DNA from: Heteronotia binoei
Taxonomy: Eukaryota
Length of the DNA: 64,000 bases
Direction of reading: 5' to 3'
NCBI RefSeq assembly: GCF_032191835.1
Contig: NC_083238.1
Span: 30,752,001 to 30,816,000, forward strand
Shown here piece after piece: positions 34,701 through 47,860 of this stretch. The notes under the pieces are model-generated. The model had not been told where the DNA came from. It saw only the letters and a list, made by a program, of their open reading frames with translations, and made no database searches. The position numbers and the translations under genes were made by a program. The first letter of the stretch is position 1. Each line of letters begins with the position of its first letter.

Positions 34701-37700
34701 CAGGTAAGGTGCAGAGAAGGGTTAGTGGAACGGTTGCAGAAGGAAGTTAGAACAGTTTCCCTAGTCTTTCCTCTTACGGGACTGGCCTACTGAGACAAAC
34801 TCTGTTATAACCAGGGAAGATAAAAATAGATGGTTTAAATAAAACATTTTTTTAAAACAGGTTTGTTTCAAAAGTTACGGCTATAATAAGTTTCTTTTTT
34901 TAAAATTAACACAGTTTACAATGAAATCTGAACACAATGAAAAGCATGTAATCTCTGAAAACTGAATTTTGGCTCTTATGAAACATTGCTTTTCTTTGTA
35001 AAGGAAATGCTGTGGAGGAAAACTTTGTCAGTATTCATATGGCCCAATGCTCTGTGTGTTATATTATGGTTTAATACATGGAGGTCAGGGGCTGACAAGG
35101 AGTCCCAGATAAACTGATCAAATAAACTACTGATCAAATAAACTAATCTAAACACGTGTGTGACCACTTGCCCCTATTTTATGTTGAGGAAACCTGATCT
35201 ACAGTTGGCTCAATACTCGGATTAGAAATTATAATGTGAGTGGAGTTATGGTAGAGAAAGGCAAGTTCCCTATATCCCCCCTCTCATTGCATCTTCTGAC
35301 AGAAGAGATTGGGCAGCCTAAAACAGAAAGGACCATTCAAAAGGCAGATCACCTAGTCTTGATTTGCAACCAGCACCTCCCCACAAAACTTGTCACAGTT
35401 GTTGGTTGTAAATGAGAATCTGGGGTGGGAGAGATGCATGAAATGATCTAAAACTGAGCAAAGGACCATATACTATTTTTTAAAATAGTAAAAATATTAA
35501 GTTGAAATGTTTAAGAAATATATAGTGTACTTTCTGAGGCAGTCTAAAAACTCAATTCATTTTTAAATCATGATGATTTATGGTTATAGCAAACCTGCTG
35601 CAATGCTCATCAGTGGTTTAAACCAGTGCCCCCCCCCCCAACCTGTGATTTAAATCAATCCATACCAGTTACTGCAGAGGTATTAAAGATCTTAAGTGTA
35701 TCCAGATTTTACAAATTGTGTAGTATCAGTGTTCGGGCCTATGGTGCCATCTGTCTGAGTCCAGTAGTTGACATTCACAGATCAGCACATTTTCTAATCT
35801 GTGTGTACATATTTATGTGAGAATATTTATGCTGCAATTTGTGTGCCATGAAATTCTTGCTTTTTAACTGGGAATTTACCTATTTCCCATTTGCACTAAA
35901 GCACTGAACTGGGAGTATATAAAAACTTCTATTTATTTGTACCCAAGCCACATTGAAGTGAGAAAATTAGTTGCTTAATTTAATAATGCTTTTCAAATAT
36001 TCACCAATTAAAGACAATAAGAGACGAAGGAACAAAGAGAATAGAAATCTTATAGTTCTTTGTAAAGATACACAAATGGCTGGACCAAATAAAATAATAA
36101 TGTGTGATATCAGAGTGTCATTTTTCCTTGTAATTTACATTCATGTTTTAATGTCTTAGTTTTCCGGACTTGTCTGATTTTATCAAATGGCATCTCATCT
36201 GGCTACTAATTTTAATTTAGTTAATTTAAAAAAAACCAACTATTTAGGGTGATTCTGTGTTATTGAACTGTTTTATACCTTGAAAATGCGGTTTGAGGAA
36301 ATTGCATTAAATATATTGAACCTTTCCTTTTAGATGGATTTGTCCTAGAAAAATGTGTGCCATTGTCAAGGTAAGGAAAGAAAAATGAGTCCCCTTCTTG
36401 GCAAGAGTAGTGCATCATAATTGAGGGGCATCATATATGACTAAAAGTTCCAGATAAGCAAGAGTTCTCTAATAAGAAGGAGAATATTACATGTCAAGCA
36501 GTCCTTTGGTAATTTAATGAATTTATGAAGCATTAGCATGCAGTGAATATGAGCATATGATCATCATTGTGAGGAATTGTATCCTGATCAGTCACCCATC
36601 TACAAGGAGATTTTCATTCTTTTTCTCATAATGGTTCTTCGCCAGTGCAATTGTACTGAATATTGAGGAAAAACAAAAGAGCAAGTGGGTCAAAAATGGC
36701 TCTCTCTCAGAAATAGATCTCTCTCTTCCCTTTATCCTGGAACCACAGGGTTCTGTGGTGTACCTGAGTAGAATGGAGCCTTAATTAGCTCAGCCCTAAT
36801 GCAACTGTCTTGAAATCAATAGTTGGTTTCTGTTGAACAGCTGATCGCTTTATACCAACCTCAGAGTGCCAGGACTTTGTCTAGCAATTACTATTATATT
36901 ACACCATTGTATAGTTACATTAGATTGCAGATTTTATTTTTTTATTATCCAAATTTATATTCCACCCTCCCAGCTAGAATCATTGCTCTCCAACTTCATA
37001 AACTGGGCTACATAAGATAGTACTTTGATGGTACAGTAAGATGGTACAATAAGGTGGTACTTCAATAGTATCAGCAAATCCAGATTGATACTTGGATTAT
37101 CTTTGTCTAACTGTTCACTTTCCATAAAAGATATCCATAAAAGATAATGTATTTTACTAGTAGCTCAATCCAAAAAAAGAGACAATAACATGAGGGTACT
37201 TTAAGGATTTTATTTATAGTCATTCTAGATCGAAAAGAAGGTTGGTTACTTAATATGACTTATCCTGAATACATAAAACAGGATACAATTACTGTCAAAG
37301 GAAATATATACAAATTATACCACTTATGCTTGCTCTGTGAATGACGTTCTCCTAGAAAGCCGGCTTTGTTTGAAGTGTTTCCTCTTTGAATAAACTGTTT
37401 CTTATATTTAAAGGAATATACTCATTGTGCAAATATTTTTATTTTGTATTAGGCATAACGGCTTAGGAAGGACAGATGCAATGAAGGTAAAAAGAATATT
37501 TTCATAGATTTTTCCTGTGTTTATTTCTAAACAGAATTGATCTGTTGGCATTTATTTGTTTAAATATTACATCCTGCTTTCCTCCCGAATGGGGACCCAG
37601 AGCAGCTTGCAGCATTGTCTCCCTTTCTCTATTTCATCCTCGCGACAACCTTGTGAGTCTGAGACAGTGTACCTAGCTCAGGATCACCCAGTGAGCTTCC

Positions 37701-37708
37701 ATGGCAGA

Positions 37709-38150
37709 TAGGGTTGCCAGGTCCCAGCGGGGGATACCCTGGTTTCAGGGGCTCCTCTCTGCTGTGGACCAACTAGCCGATGGAGGGGGGAACCCTAAAC
37801 TGGGACATCACCATATGATGTCCCCAATGCAATGACATTACCCAGAAGTGATGTCATCATGTTGGGGGATGTTGTGTGGTAGACATTCTGGTTTTGGGGA
37901 AAACTCTATGGTTTAAGTCTAATTTAACTGTAGAGTTTGCCCTAGAATCAGAGTGTCCCCTGCACAATGTCCCTGAGGTAATGATGCCATTTCTGGGTGG
38001 AAATTTAAAAAGATGTCACCACAGCTTCTTGGGACTGAGATCATTGTTTTGTATTTGAAAACTAATAAAGCCAGCAGACTTCTGTACCCCCGGAATGCCC
38101 CCCCCCACCAAATCCACCTGCCAGAAAGGCAAGGGGACCTGGCAACCCTA
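37709..38150. mobile_element. hAT MITE (TAGGGTTGCCA termini) nested in a minus-strand SINE
   Basis: TIRs tagggttgccagg / cctggcaacccta. TSD atggcaga / atagcaga. Confidence 0.85.
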
Positions 38151-38388
38151 ATAGCAGAGTGGGTGGGGATTTCAGGCTAGATCTCCAAGATCTTTGTCTG
38201 AAACCTTAATCAAAATACTACCTTGACTTTAATGGGTTTTTTGAGAAACATTTTAAGTTTTAATAATTTGTTCACACCTTATGTGTGCTTATGGGTTAAA
38301 TCTTTGAGGTTTTTAAAAAATTGAATCTTTGTAAATGAGAAAAGACATGGGGCAGGATTTCAATGTGAAGTTAAGACAAAGGTATTTA

Positions 38389-38435
<47 letters not shown>

Positions 38436-38922
38436 GATTTGTATCCCAGTTTTTGGCCCTCACCAGAGCAGCTGAGGTAACTAACGATTTAAAACATACA
38501 TGATTTACAACATACAAAAATGTTTTATAAAACCATTAAAATAAATTCCTCAACATACTTTATTATAACAGTTTTAAAACAAGTTAAACAAACAATTAAA
38601 ATACAGACAAAACATAAAAACATTGGTTAGGAAGGGGGAATCATTGAGGGAATGCCAAATGAAACAGAAAACTCTTCACCTGGTGGCAGAATATAGCAAC
38701 AGGAGATAGACAAATCTCCCTGGAGAAAGTTCCACAGCTTTGGTGCCATGGCCCAAAGAATGCACTGTGCCAGGTTGCTACCTGCCTAATCTCAGAAGAC
38801 AGAGGCACCCAAAGCTGGACCTCTGAGATAGATTATTCTGGTCAGGTGGATTCATACGTGATTAGGCAGTCCCTCAGGTATGTTGGTTGCAAACCATGTA
38901 GGGCCTTGAACAGTGCCTAGAA

Positions 38923-39119
38923 TAGGGTTGCCAGGTCTGGGTTGGGAAATACCTGGAGATTGGGGGGGGAAGCCAAAGGAGAGACCTCAGCTGCATATAA
39001 TTCCATAGAGTCCACCCTCAAAAGCAGCCATTTTCTCCAGGGGAACTGATCTTGGTCATCTGGAGATCAGTTGTAACAGCAGGAGATCTCCAGGTGCTAC
39101 CTGGAGGTTGGCAACCCTA
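38923..39119. mobile_element. hAT MITE (TAGGGTTGCCA termini) inside the L2
   Basis: TIRs tagggttgcca / tggcaacccta. TSD gcctagaa / gtccagaa. Confidence 0.8.
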
Positions 39120-39220
39120 GTCCAGAAACAAATTGGAAGCCAGTGTAGATGGTACCAGACTATGTTGATACAGTCCCTATGACCCTGCTCCGGTCAACAT
39201 CCTGGCTGCAGTATTCTATG

Positions 39221-41520
39221 TAAGAACATAAGAGAGGCCATGTTGGATCAGGCCAATGGCCCATCCAGTCCAATGCTCTGTGTCACACAGTGGCCAATAT
39301 GTGTTTGTCTGTGTATATTTATTTATTTATTTATTTTTATTTATTTTTTATTTATATATATACACACACACACACTCACACATATGCATACATATGCTGT
39401 GCTTATAGCCGCCACCACCTCCTGTGGCAGTGAATTCCACATGTTAATCACCCTTTGGGTGAAGTACTTCTTTTTATCCGTTTTAACCTGACTGCTCAGC
39501 AATTTCATTGAATGCCCACGAGTTCTTGTATTGTGAGAAAGGGAGAAAAGTACTTCTTTCTCTACTTTCTCCATCCCATGCATAATCTTGTAAACCTCTA
39601 TCATGTCACCCCGCAGTCGATGTTTCTCCAAGCTAAAGAGCCCCAAGTGCTTTAACCTTTCTTCATAGGGAAAGTGTTCCAAACCTTTAATCATTCCAGT
39701 TGCCCTTTTCTGCACTTTTTCCAATGCTGTAATATCCTTTTTGAGGTGCGGTGACCAGAATTGTACACAGTATTCCAAGTGAGACCACACTATCGATTTA
39801 TACAGGGGCATTATGATACTGGCTGATTTGTTTTCAATTCCCTTCCTAATAATTCCTAGCATGGCATCGGCCTTTTTTATTGCAATCGCACACTGTCTTG
39901 ACATTTTCAGTGAGTTATCTACCACGACTCCAAGATCTCTCTCTTGGTCAGTCTCTGCCATTTCACAATCCATCAACTTGTATTTGTAGCTGGGATTCTT
40001 GGCCCCAATGTGCATTACTTTGCACTTGGCCACATTGAACCTCATCTGCCACGTTGACGCCCATTCACCTAGTCTCAACAGATCCCTTTGGAGTGCCTCA
40101 CAATCCTCTCTGGTTCTCACCACCCTGAACAATTTAGTGTCATCCGCAAACTTGGCCATTTCACTGCTTTCTCCTAACTCCAGATCATTAATGAACAAGT
40201 TAAAGAGCATGGGACCCAGTACTGAGCCCTGCGGCACCCCACTGCTTACCGTCCTTCACTGCGAAGACTGCCCATTTATACTCACTCTCTGCTTCCTATT
40301 AATTAGCCAGTTTTTGATCCACAAGAGGACCTGTCCTTTTACTCCATGATTCTTGAGCTTACTAAGGAGCCTTTGATGAGGAACTTTATCAAAAGCTTTC
40401 TGGAAGTCAAGGTAAACAACATCTATTGGGTCCCCTTTGTCCACATGTTTGTTCACCCCCTCAAAGAACTGTAACAGGTTAGTGAGGCAAGATCTTCCCT
40501 TACAGAACCCATGCTGAGTATTCCTCAATAACTTGTGTTCATCAATGTGCCTACTCATTCTGTCCTTCATAATGGTTTCTACCAACTTTCCCGGTATTGA
40601 AATCAGACTGACTGGCCTGTAATTTCCCGGATCTCCTCTGGAACCCTTTTTAAAGATCGGGGTGACATCAGGAACGGAGGCAGATTTCAATGAAAGATTA
40701 CATATTTTTGTCAGGAGATCCACAAGTTCAACTTTGAGTTCTTTCAGAACTCTTGGATGTATGCCATCCGGACATGGTGACATTAGTTTTTAATTCATCT
40801 ATCAGTTGTAGGACCTCCTCTCTTGTCACCTCAATTTGATTTCAACACCCCTTCCAAAATTAGTGGTTCTGGAGCAGGCAAACACTTCTCATCTTCCACA
40901 GTGAAGACTGAGGCAAAAAATGCATTCAGCTTCTCAGCCATTTCCCTATCCTCCTTCAGTAATCCTTTTACCTCTTGGTCATCCAAGGGTCCCACTGCCT
41001 CCCTGGCTGGTTTCCTGCTTCTAATATATTTGAAGAAATTTTTATTGTTGGTCTTTATGTTTTTTGCAGTATGCTCTTCATAGTTTCTTTTTGCCTGCCT
41101 GATCACAGTCTTGCATTTGATTTGCCACAGCCTGTGTTCCCTTTTATTAATCTCGCTTGGACTAGCTTTCCATCGCTTAAAGGAGTCCTTCTTATCTTTT
41201 GCAGCTTCCATTACTTTGTTTGTTAACCATTCAGGCCTTTTCTTATACCTGTTTGTGCCTTTCCTAACTTGTGGTATATATTTTATCTGAGCTTCTAGGA
41301 TTGTAGTTTTAAATAGCCTCCAAGCTTCTCCAAGGGTTTTGACTGTATTTACCTTACCTTTCAGTTTCCTCTTCACATGCCTCCTCAACTCAGAGAATTT
41401 ACCCCTTTTAAAGTTAAATGTGGTTGTGCTGGTCTTTTGGGGCAACTCCCTATTTATACAAATGGTGAAATCAATAACGTTATGGTCATTGCTCCCTAGC
41501 AGTGCAATCACTTTTACATC
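39221..41520 (-). mobile_element. CR1/L3 LINE, about 2.3 kb, frameshifted ORF2 with RT
   Basis: Minus ORFs 40831..41511, 40256..40783 (GNYRPVSL, YLDFQKAFDKVPH) and 39341..40237 (PQGSVLGP, FADDTKL). The 3' repeat reads aagaacataag on +. Confidence 0.97.
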
Positions 41521-42785
41521 TCACTTTACATAAGATCACTTTACATAAGTAAAGTTTCCAAACATTTGTCAAGGACAGCCCTATGTAATGTGCACTGCAG
41601 TAATCTAATCTAGATGTAACCAGAACATAAATCACAGTAGCCAAATCTTTTCTGCCCAGCTGGCTAACCAGTTGAAGCTGGTAAAATACACTCTTGGCAA
41701 CAGCCACCACCTGCTTATCCAGCAGTAGGCCTGAGTCTAGGAGCACCCACAGACTACAGACCTGTTCCTTCAAGGGGAGTGCAGAATGGGTGACCTCTTA
41801 AATTCCGGGTCAAACTTTACACCCATCAGTAGCACTTCTGTCTTTTTGGGATCAAGCTTCAGTTTATTAGCCTGCATTCACTCCAAAACTGCCTGCAGGC
41901 ACTGGTTCAGGGGTTTTGCAGCCTAGAATCAGCAGGAAGTGCAAGAGAGAGCATCTGCATCTGCACCCAGTCCAAATCTCCAGAGGACCTCACCCAGTGA
42001 TTTCATGTAGATGTTAAAGAACATAGGGAACAAAATGAAACCTTGCAGGATCCCAAAGACCAAGAGGCTGAGCTCTCCCTCACCACTTTCTGAAACCTAC
42101 TTTCCTGGTAGGACAATGGTCCAGATAGGCAGCCCAGAAGAATACCACGATCAATGATATCAAAAGCTCTGGAGAGCTCCCTCTTTCAGTCTCCTGACAT
42201 GTCATCCACCACAGTGACCAATGCTGTTTCAGTCCCATAACCAGTCCTAAACCCAGACTAGAAGGAGTCTAAACAATTTGCCTCATCCAGGAAAGCTTGG
42301 AGTTTTCCGGCCACCACTTGTTCAGTCACCTTGCATAAGAATGGAACATTTGAAACTGGTCAGTAATTATTGAGATCCCCTGGATCAAGGTAGGCTTCTT
42401 TAGAAGTGGACACACCACAGCTGTTTCAAGGCTGGGGTGGCCACCACCTCTCTTAAGAAAGCATTAAGTTCCTCTCAAACCCAATCAACAACCCCGCCTC
42501 CAAAAAGATTTAATTAACCAGGATAGGCAAGTGTGATACAGGCAGGTGACAGGCCTCAGACTTCCAAGAATCCTGTCCACATCCTCAGAATGAATAAACT
42601 GAAAATTATTCCACACAATTGGACAAGCAGGCACCCTGGCACCATCTGACCCTGTCACTGCTAAATGTGAACTAGTGGATACATGCAAAAATACATGTAG
42701 AGCCCTCTCTCCTGCCACAGCCCACATCTAGTTTGCCCCTTCAGTAGCTAATCTTGGTTGGGTCTGACTTCTATCTCTGTTTCAG

Positions 42786-42834
42786 GAACAGAAGAACTGG
42801 CAAAATGGAAGGCTGCATGTGTTTGGTCCAAAAG
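42786..42834 (+). CDS. ERICH2: ERICH2 putative coding exon 3 (EQKNWQNGRLHVFGPK)
   Basis: Acceptor ctatctctgtttcag|G, perfect donor AAG|GTAAGT. Phase 0 in, phase 1 out. Confidence 0.75.
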
Positions 42835-43665
42835 GTAAGTAGTTTAAAAGAAAAAGAAAAAAGATCCAGAGTGAGAAGGGTTAAACTGATGGGTGCCATT
42901 GAATAGGCTCCATTTTCAGTGATTCCCATTAAATTTTATGGGAGAAAGGAAACAGACTGCACTCTGGGACTCTGGCAGGGCGAAGGGGGAGGGGATTGTT
43001 TTCTGGTACAGACGTTGTGGTCACTCAGTGGAAGGGGATGGCTTAGGCCCCACTCAGTTATGCTTCTGAGGATGCCCCTTTCTCCCATATTCACTTCTGT
43101 AGGAAAAAAGTGTTCTAAACCAACATAGTGCCAGTGGTGGCAAAATGCACCATACACTGAATTGCTTGGTCTTCACTAATGGATATCCCAAAGTGTGTTT
43201 ATGGACAGAATAAAAGAATACACTGGATATATTTCAGGCAGCATCTGTACTTTCCCTCTGCCCCTCTCCCCTGACATTTAGCTAATTCCAAATACTGGTA
43301 CATGGATCTTTTGTATAAAGCCTATCACAATTAATAGATTCCAGTTGAGAAAAATATAGTTGCGCACTATCAACTTGTTTCAATTGATCTTGATTAAGTG
43401 AACCAGGATAGTCATTGAAAGTACCACTTTCTCCCTCCCCGCCTCCCTTTTGGAAGTTTCCGTAGCTTTGAGAAGAGTCTGTGTGGGGGGAGCTTAGAAT
43501 ATTCTTTACACTTCTATATTTTTCAAGGGGTGTTATAATTTGTATGAATGCTGAAAAATCTTGTTAGTTATTTCTTACTTCCTTCTTGGAAAAAATGTTT
43601 AATCTCTGTTATATTTTAATAAATTGAATATGCTTACTGAACCAAAAATTTCACCTTATTTTTAG

Positions 43666-43702
43666 AAGAAGTTGTTATTGAACCAGTCCAAACAGTGCCA
43701 CG
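43666..43702 (+). CDS. ERICH2: ERICH2 putative coding exon 4 ((E)EVVIEPVQTVP(R))
   Basis: Acceptor ccttatttttag|A, donor ACG|GTAAGA. Phase 1 in, phase 2 out. Confidence 0.75.
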
Positions 43703-44929
43703 GTAAGATATTCTTTGTTGTGTAGCTGGTCTCTCCTGTGCCTTTTCAAACAATTAAGGTTATGGCTGTGTACTCGCTTTCCTGCTACTGTTGAATTGCC
43801 AAGCAGGACCAGGGCTGATTATGGGAATGGATGGACTGACTGGAGATACCGGTGTTCTGGGGCCCCCAAGAAACCATACTATTCATCTGCCTCATTTTGC
43901 ACTTAATGCCTGTGATCTTTGAGCTCTAGCGACAGCAAAAGCCCCTCCAGGATTCCATAGTTACAAATTTAACCTTTTGTTTGGCTTGAAATCATAACAA
44001 GTACTCTCCTGCAGCAAATGAGTGCTTGCTATGTTTTCCAGCAAAGCGATGGTTTGTAGGGGGTAATTATGGATACCTTGAAAGACTTTTCCATCTCTCT
44101 GTCATGTGTGGACTGGTGGGTTCTCTTGTGTATGTGATAAAAACTAGCACTTTGAATTGTGCCCAGAAACAGATATTCTGAAAAAGCAGATGTAGTCTTT
44201 TCAGCCTAGGCCTGATACTATCCCTGTATCCTACAAAGTTTTGGACCAATAGAAACTTACAGTTTTCTAGGGCAGCTCCATCTAAAGTCCATTATGGTTA
44301 TCTAACCTGGATGTGATCCAAACATGGATCATTGTGACCAAATCATGCTTTTCAAAGAAGGGTCATGGCCTGTGATTTGCAAGTGTGGGGGGGCCTACGG
44401 ATAAACCTAGCTGGTGAAGCAGGACCTGCTCAGGATATATTTGGGTCTGTTTATTTGGGGCTATTTAAAATATAATGTATAATTTGGTTTGTTCAGGAGA
44501 AAAGTAGCATTGGTATGCCTTGATAAAACAAATAAAAATAGTTCGGTTGCAAAACACAAGTAGGAACAATAGGGATCCAGGGTCACAGTGCTGAGGGAAG
44601 GGAGTTTTAACTGTTGACACTTGTGCTCATTTCCCAGTGGAAAATACCCTCCTCACTGCTGCTTTAAGACTGAAGGGGGAAAGGACCTGTATTCAGTTTG
44701 CATTGAAATGGCACAGGGGCTAAGAGTTACGTCTCCCTTTCCGCCGCTGTATGGTCCTGATCTATGCAGGACCCCAGACTGTTGTGTGTGATTTTTTTTA
44801 AAGCTAACCTACACCATCTTAAGCTGCAGTTCCTAATACTATGTCATTTGGCTCCAAGTGGAATAAATATTTTGCTCTTGCTAAAACATGTTGTGTGGGT
44901 TCTTCTTTGCTTTTTTTAAACCAAGGCAG

Positions 44930-45013
44930 CATCGGATGTAGAAAAGAATCTACAAGCAGACCTTTCACGCCGTCAAAGCAGATTTTGTTATGTACAGCTA
45001 AATCATTAGATAA
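44930..45013 (+). CDS. ERICH2: ERICH2 putative coding exon 5 (IGCRKESTSRPFTPSKQILLCTAKSLD)
   Basis: Pyrimidine tract then AAG|GCAG| tandem acceptor. The CAG at 44927..44929 keeps the frame. Donor TAA|GTAAGT. Only this frame is stop-free. Confidence 0.7.
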
Positions 45014-45495
45014 GTAAGTCTCATTTCATTTGAGTTCTTCATTTTGATGAGGGAATCAATTGTTGACTTTGAGCTTTTTCAGTAGATTGTTTTTGCACAA
45101 CATTCTAGGTAACAGATGTGCTCTCGGAATACTGAAAGTTGATGTGCCTTTACGTTCACTTCAGGGGAAAAAGGGTTCACTGACACTGTGTAAACACTGG
45201 GAGTGATTCCTGTCCTGGTGATCTGTGGTGGATGAGAAGCAGGAGGGCAAGAGACTCTGTGGCAGTTAGGGTGACGGAAAGGAACCCTACCATGCTAGCA
45301 TCTCTGTGGCTGGGGAGAAGGTGCTCTTTGCTGGCTAAATATTCCAACGGAGAGGGAAACACACTAATTCTTTTATGTTAGCACCTCTTGATTGGAAGGA
45401 CCAGGTATAGCACGCTTGAGCCCCAAGACCTGACTAAAGGCCCCGAATTAAGATGGAATCTGAAAAGGGGAGCAGTTCCTTTGTCAGAGACTGGA

Positions 45496-45758
45496 ACCGT
45501 TTTCCCACACAGCTTACCCCGAGTGACGTCCCTCTTCACTGCGCAGCATCTGCTCGGATTTCCCACCATCTGCTCTGCAGAAGCAGGAAGAGCCGCGGCT
45601 TTTGCATCACTAATGTAAACTGGGTTTTAGCGATTTACATTTGCAACGCAGAAGCCCCGGCACTTCCTGCTTCTGCGGAGCAGATGGTGGGAAATCCGAG
45701 CAGACGCTGCGTGATGAAGAGGGACATCACTCCGAGGTAAGCTGTGTGGGAAAAGGGT
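45496..45758. mobile_element. Foldback MITE related to 31031..31316
   Basis: Arms ttttcccacacagcttacc / ggtaagctgtgtgggaaaa. Internal blocks (ccctcttcac, gccgcggcttttgc, tgtaaac...tttacatttgc) are shared with the 31 kb copy. Confidence 0.8.
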
Positions 45759-46317
45759 ATGGGTTGTGGTGCTGAGGCTGGAATTGGGTTTTAGTGATCA
45801 TCAGGGGAACTGTCTGTCCTGTGTGTCTTGCCATGAAGGATGATAGAGGGGAAGATGCCAGAGGGTTGCAGATGCATTAGGGGCATGGACATCCTGCAAC
45901 TAACAATGACCAGATAGACCATGGATTGCAAGTACCTAGTTAGTAACTGTCCTTTTGTTTGTTTGTTTTAGTGTACCTAGATTTTGTTCTTGTAGTGCCT
46001 TGTAGAAATGAAGTTGTTTTTGAGAGAGCCTGAACAAGCCCCTTATCCACCTGTTTTTGCTCCTTGGCATGCTGTCTGCTTGAAATGTATCTGATGAAGT
46101 GTACATGCACACAAAACCTCATACCCAGAATTAAACCTTGGTCTTAAAGGTGCCATCGGACTCAAACTTTGTTCTATGCCATGCATGCTACAGTGATACA
46201 CCCCTGTGGAATTGGCCTTAGGCAACCCATAAGAGTGAGGGAGACAGGATTTTTCCAGAGGTGGTGGCAGTGACAGTAAAAGGGAGGGAAGACAGCGGCT
46301 CGTCTTATCCACAACAT

Positions 46318-46605
46318 GGAGAGCCAGTTTGGTGTAATGGTTTGGTGTAAGGGTTAATGTGCGGACCCTTATCTGGGAGAACCGGGTTTGATTCCCCACT
46401 CCCCACCACTCCACCTGTTGGAATGGCCTTGGGTCAGCCATAGCTTTCAAAGGAATTGTCCTCGAAGGCGCAGCTTCTGTGAGAGCCCTCTCAGTCCCAC
46501 CTACCTCACAGGGTGTCTGTTGAGGGGGAGGTAAAAGAGATTGTGACCGCTCTGAAATTCAGAATATAGGGCGGGATATAAATCCAATATCATCATCATC
46601 ATCAC
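46318..46605 (+). mobile_element. tRNA-derived squamate SINE
   Basis: A/B-box-like head (ggtgtaatggt...gggtttgattcccc), cccacctacctcacagggtgtctgttg body and (atc)n tail. Confidence 0.75.
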
Positions 46606-47329
46606 AACATGACAGAGATCAGGACAATCCTATTGAGAAGTGCAAGATGCTGTCATTCTGTTGAGGGCTTCTCTATCTTTGTCAAGGTTCAGATAGTTGC
46701 TGGTTAGTGCATGGGAATTCTCACTATGATAAAGGCATTCTCTGTGGTAATGTTATTGCAACTGATTGCCTCTTGTAGGGAGTTTTTAGTAGTGTCACCA
46801 TGGCAAGAGTAGGGGCACCAGCCTTGAGTCAGAGGTGGGAGGGGGAGGAAGCCATTTGGGAAATAAAAAATAAGCTGAAAGTAACAATTTGTGGTTAGTT
46901 GGCAGCTCATCATGCAAAAATGAACATGGAAGTTTGTTGTATATTGGGAGGGCTGGTTGAAAAGTTATGGCAACGTATCTTAAAATGGACAGTAGAGTTA
47001 TGGCCTTGTTCTTTGACTGCAGTGGACATTCCTGGTTTCTTCGATAAGCTGGTTAGGTTGAATGTCTTCTTCAACACAAAAGACAGTGAGGCTGTCCCTG
47101 TCCAACTGCAGTTGTGTGACCACAATGGGTGTGCTGCGGGGCTTTGACTTGTGCCTGGGAAACAGGATCATTTGTGCCCTTGCACTGAGGCAAGATAGCA
47201 CTGCTTAAGCGGAGTTCGATAGCTCAGAACTTTGAGCGACTAGATAGCAGAAACTGATAATGTCTTTCTGTAGCCTGTATAAAATTTCTGCTGTTTTGTT
47301 TTTCCCTTGAAAACAAATGAAATATTTAG

Positions 47330-47406
47330 GCAGAATATTATAACTAGGAATTCAAAAAATCCAAAGACAACTGTAAGACTGCACGAGAGCATACAAGAAG
47401 AAGCAG
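47330..47406 (+). CDS. ERICH2: ERICH2 putative coding exon 6 (QNIITRNSKNPKTTVRLHESIQEEA)
   Basis: Acceptor atatttag|G, donor CAG|GTAAGA. Phase 2 in, phase 1 out, bridging exon 5 to the 56090 exon. Confidence 0.75.
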
Positions 47407-47860
47407 GTAAGATTTTACATGTGCAGGTACAGTTTATACTGAGCATGTGTGATTCTGTGTTTTTTGGAGTAGGGCCTGGGAAATTCATGATCAAAATCAA
47501 CCTCGGCCTGTGTATATTAATGTCCTCCTTCAGTTTTCATGTTTAATGGAAATTATGGAGACAGTGAAGGGGATTAAAAGATTGTGTATATGATATGGAC
47601 ACAGTGTTGATACCAGGGAAGGATAGAATGGAGGCTGTATTGATCTCCCTGTGGAACTTTCACCAGTAGATGCTGCACCCATATGAAGGACAAATGATTT
47701 GTATTGTAAATAAGTCTCTATATTAGCAATTAATTGAGTTTAAAATATTTATGCTTAACTGCACTAATAATAGTAATGCCTGTAATCCATTGAGATCGCT
47801 AGTGAAATTCAGCTAGGGAAAAGGTGTTTTGTTTGTGTTAATGGATGACCTTTAATAAAG

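Larger units (their letters stand above)
38385..42730 (-). mobile_element. Old L2 LINE broken by a MITE and a CR1
   Basis: L2 RT motifs on minus (DLATVIYVLVTSRLDYC at 41486..41773, endonuclease/RT linker at 42485..42727). 3' part at 38590..39220. Tail expanded as (ttac)n at 38385..38432. Confidence 0.75.

Noticed and set aside
34575-34703. Extra ERICH2 coding exon ending at the strong donor CAG|GTAAGG (34704)
   Set aside because: All three frames contain stops, and the exon chain is already phase-complete without it.
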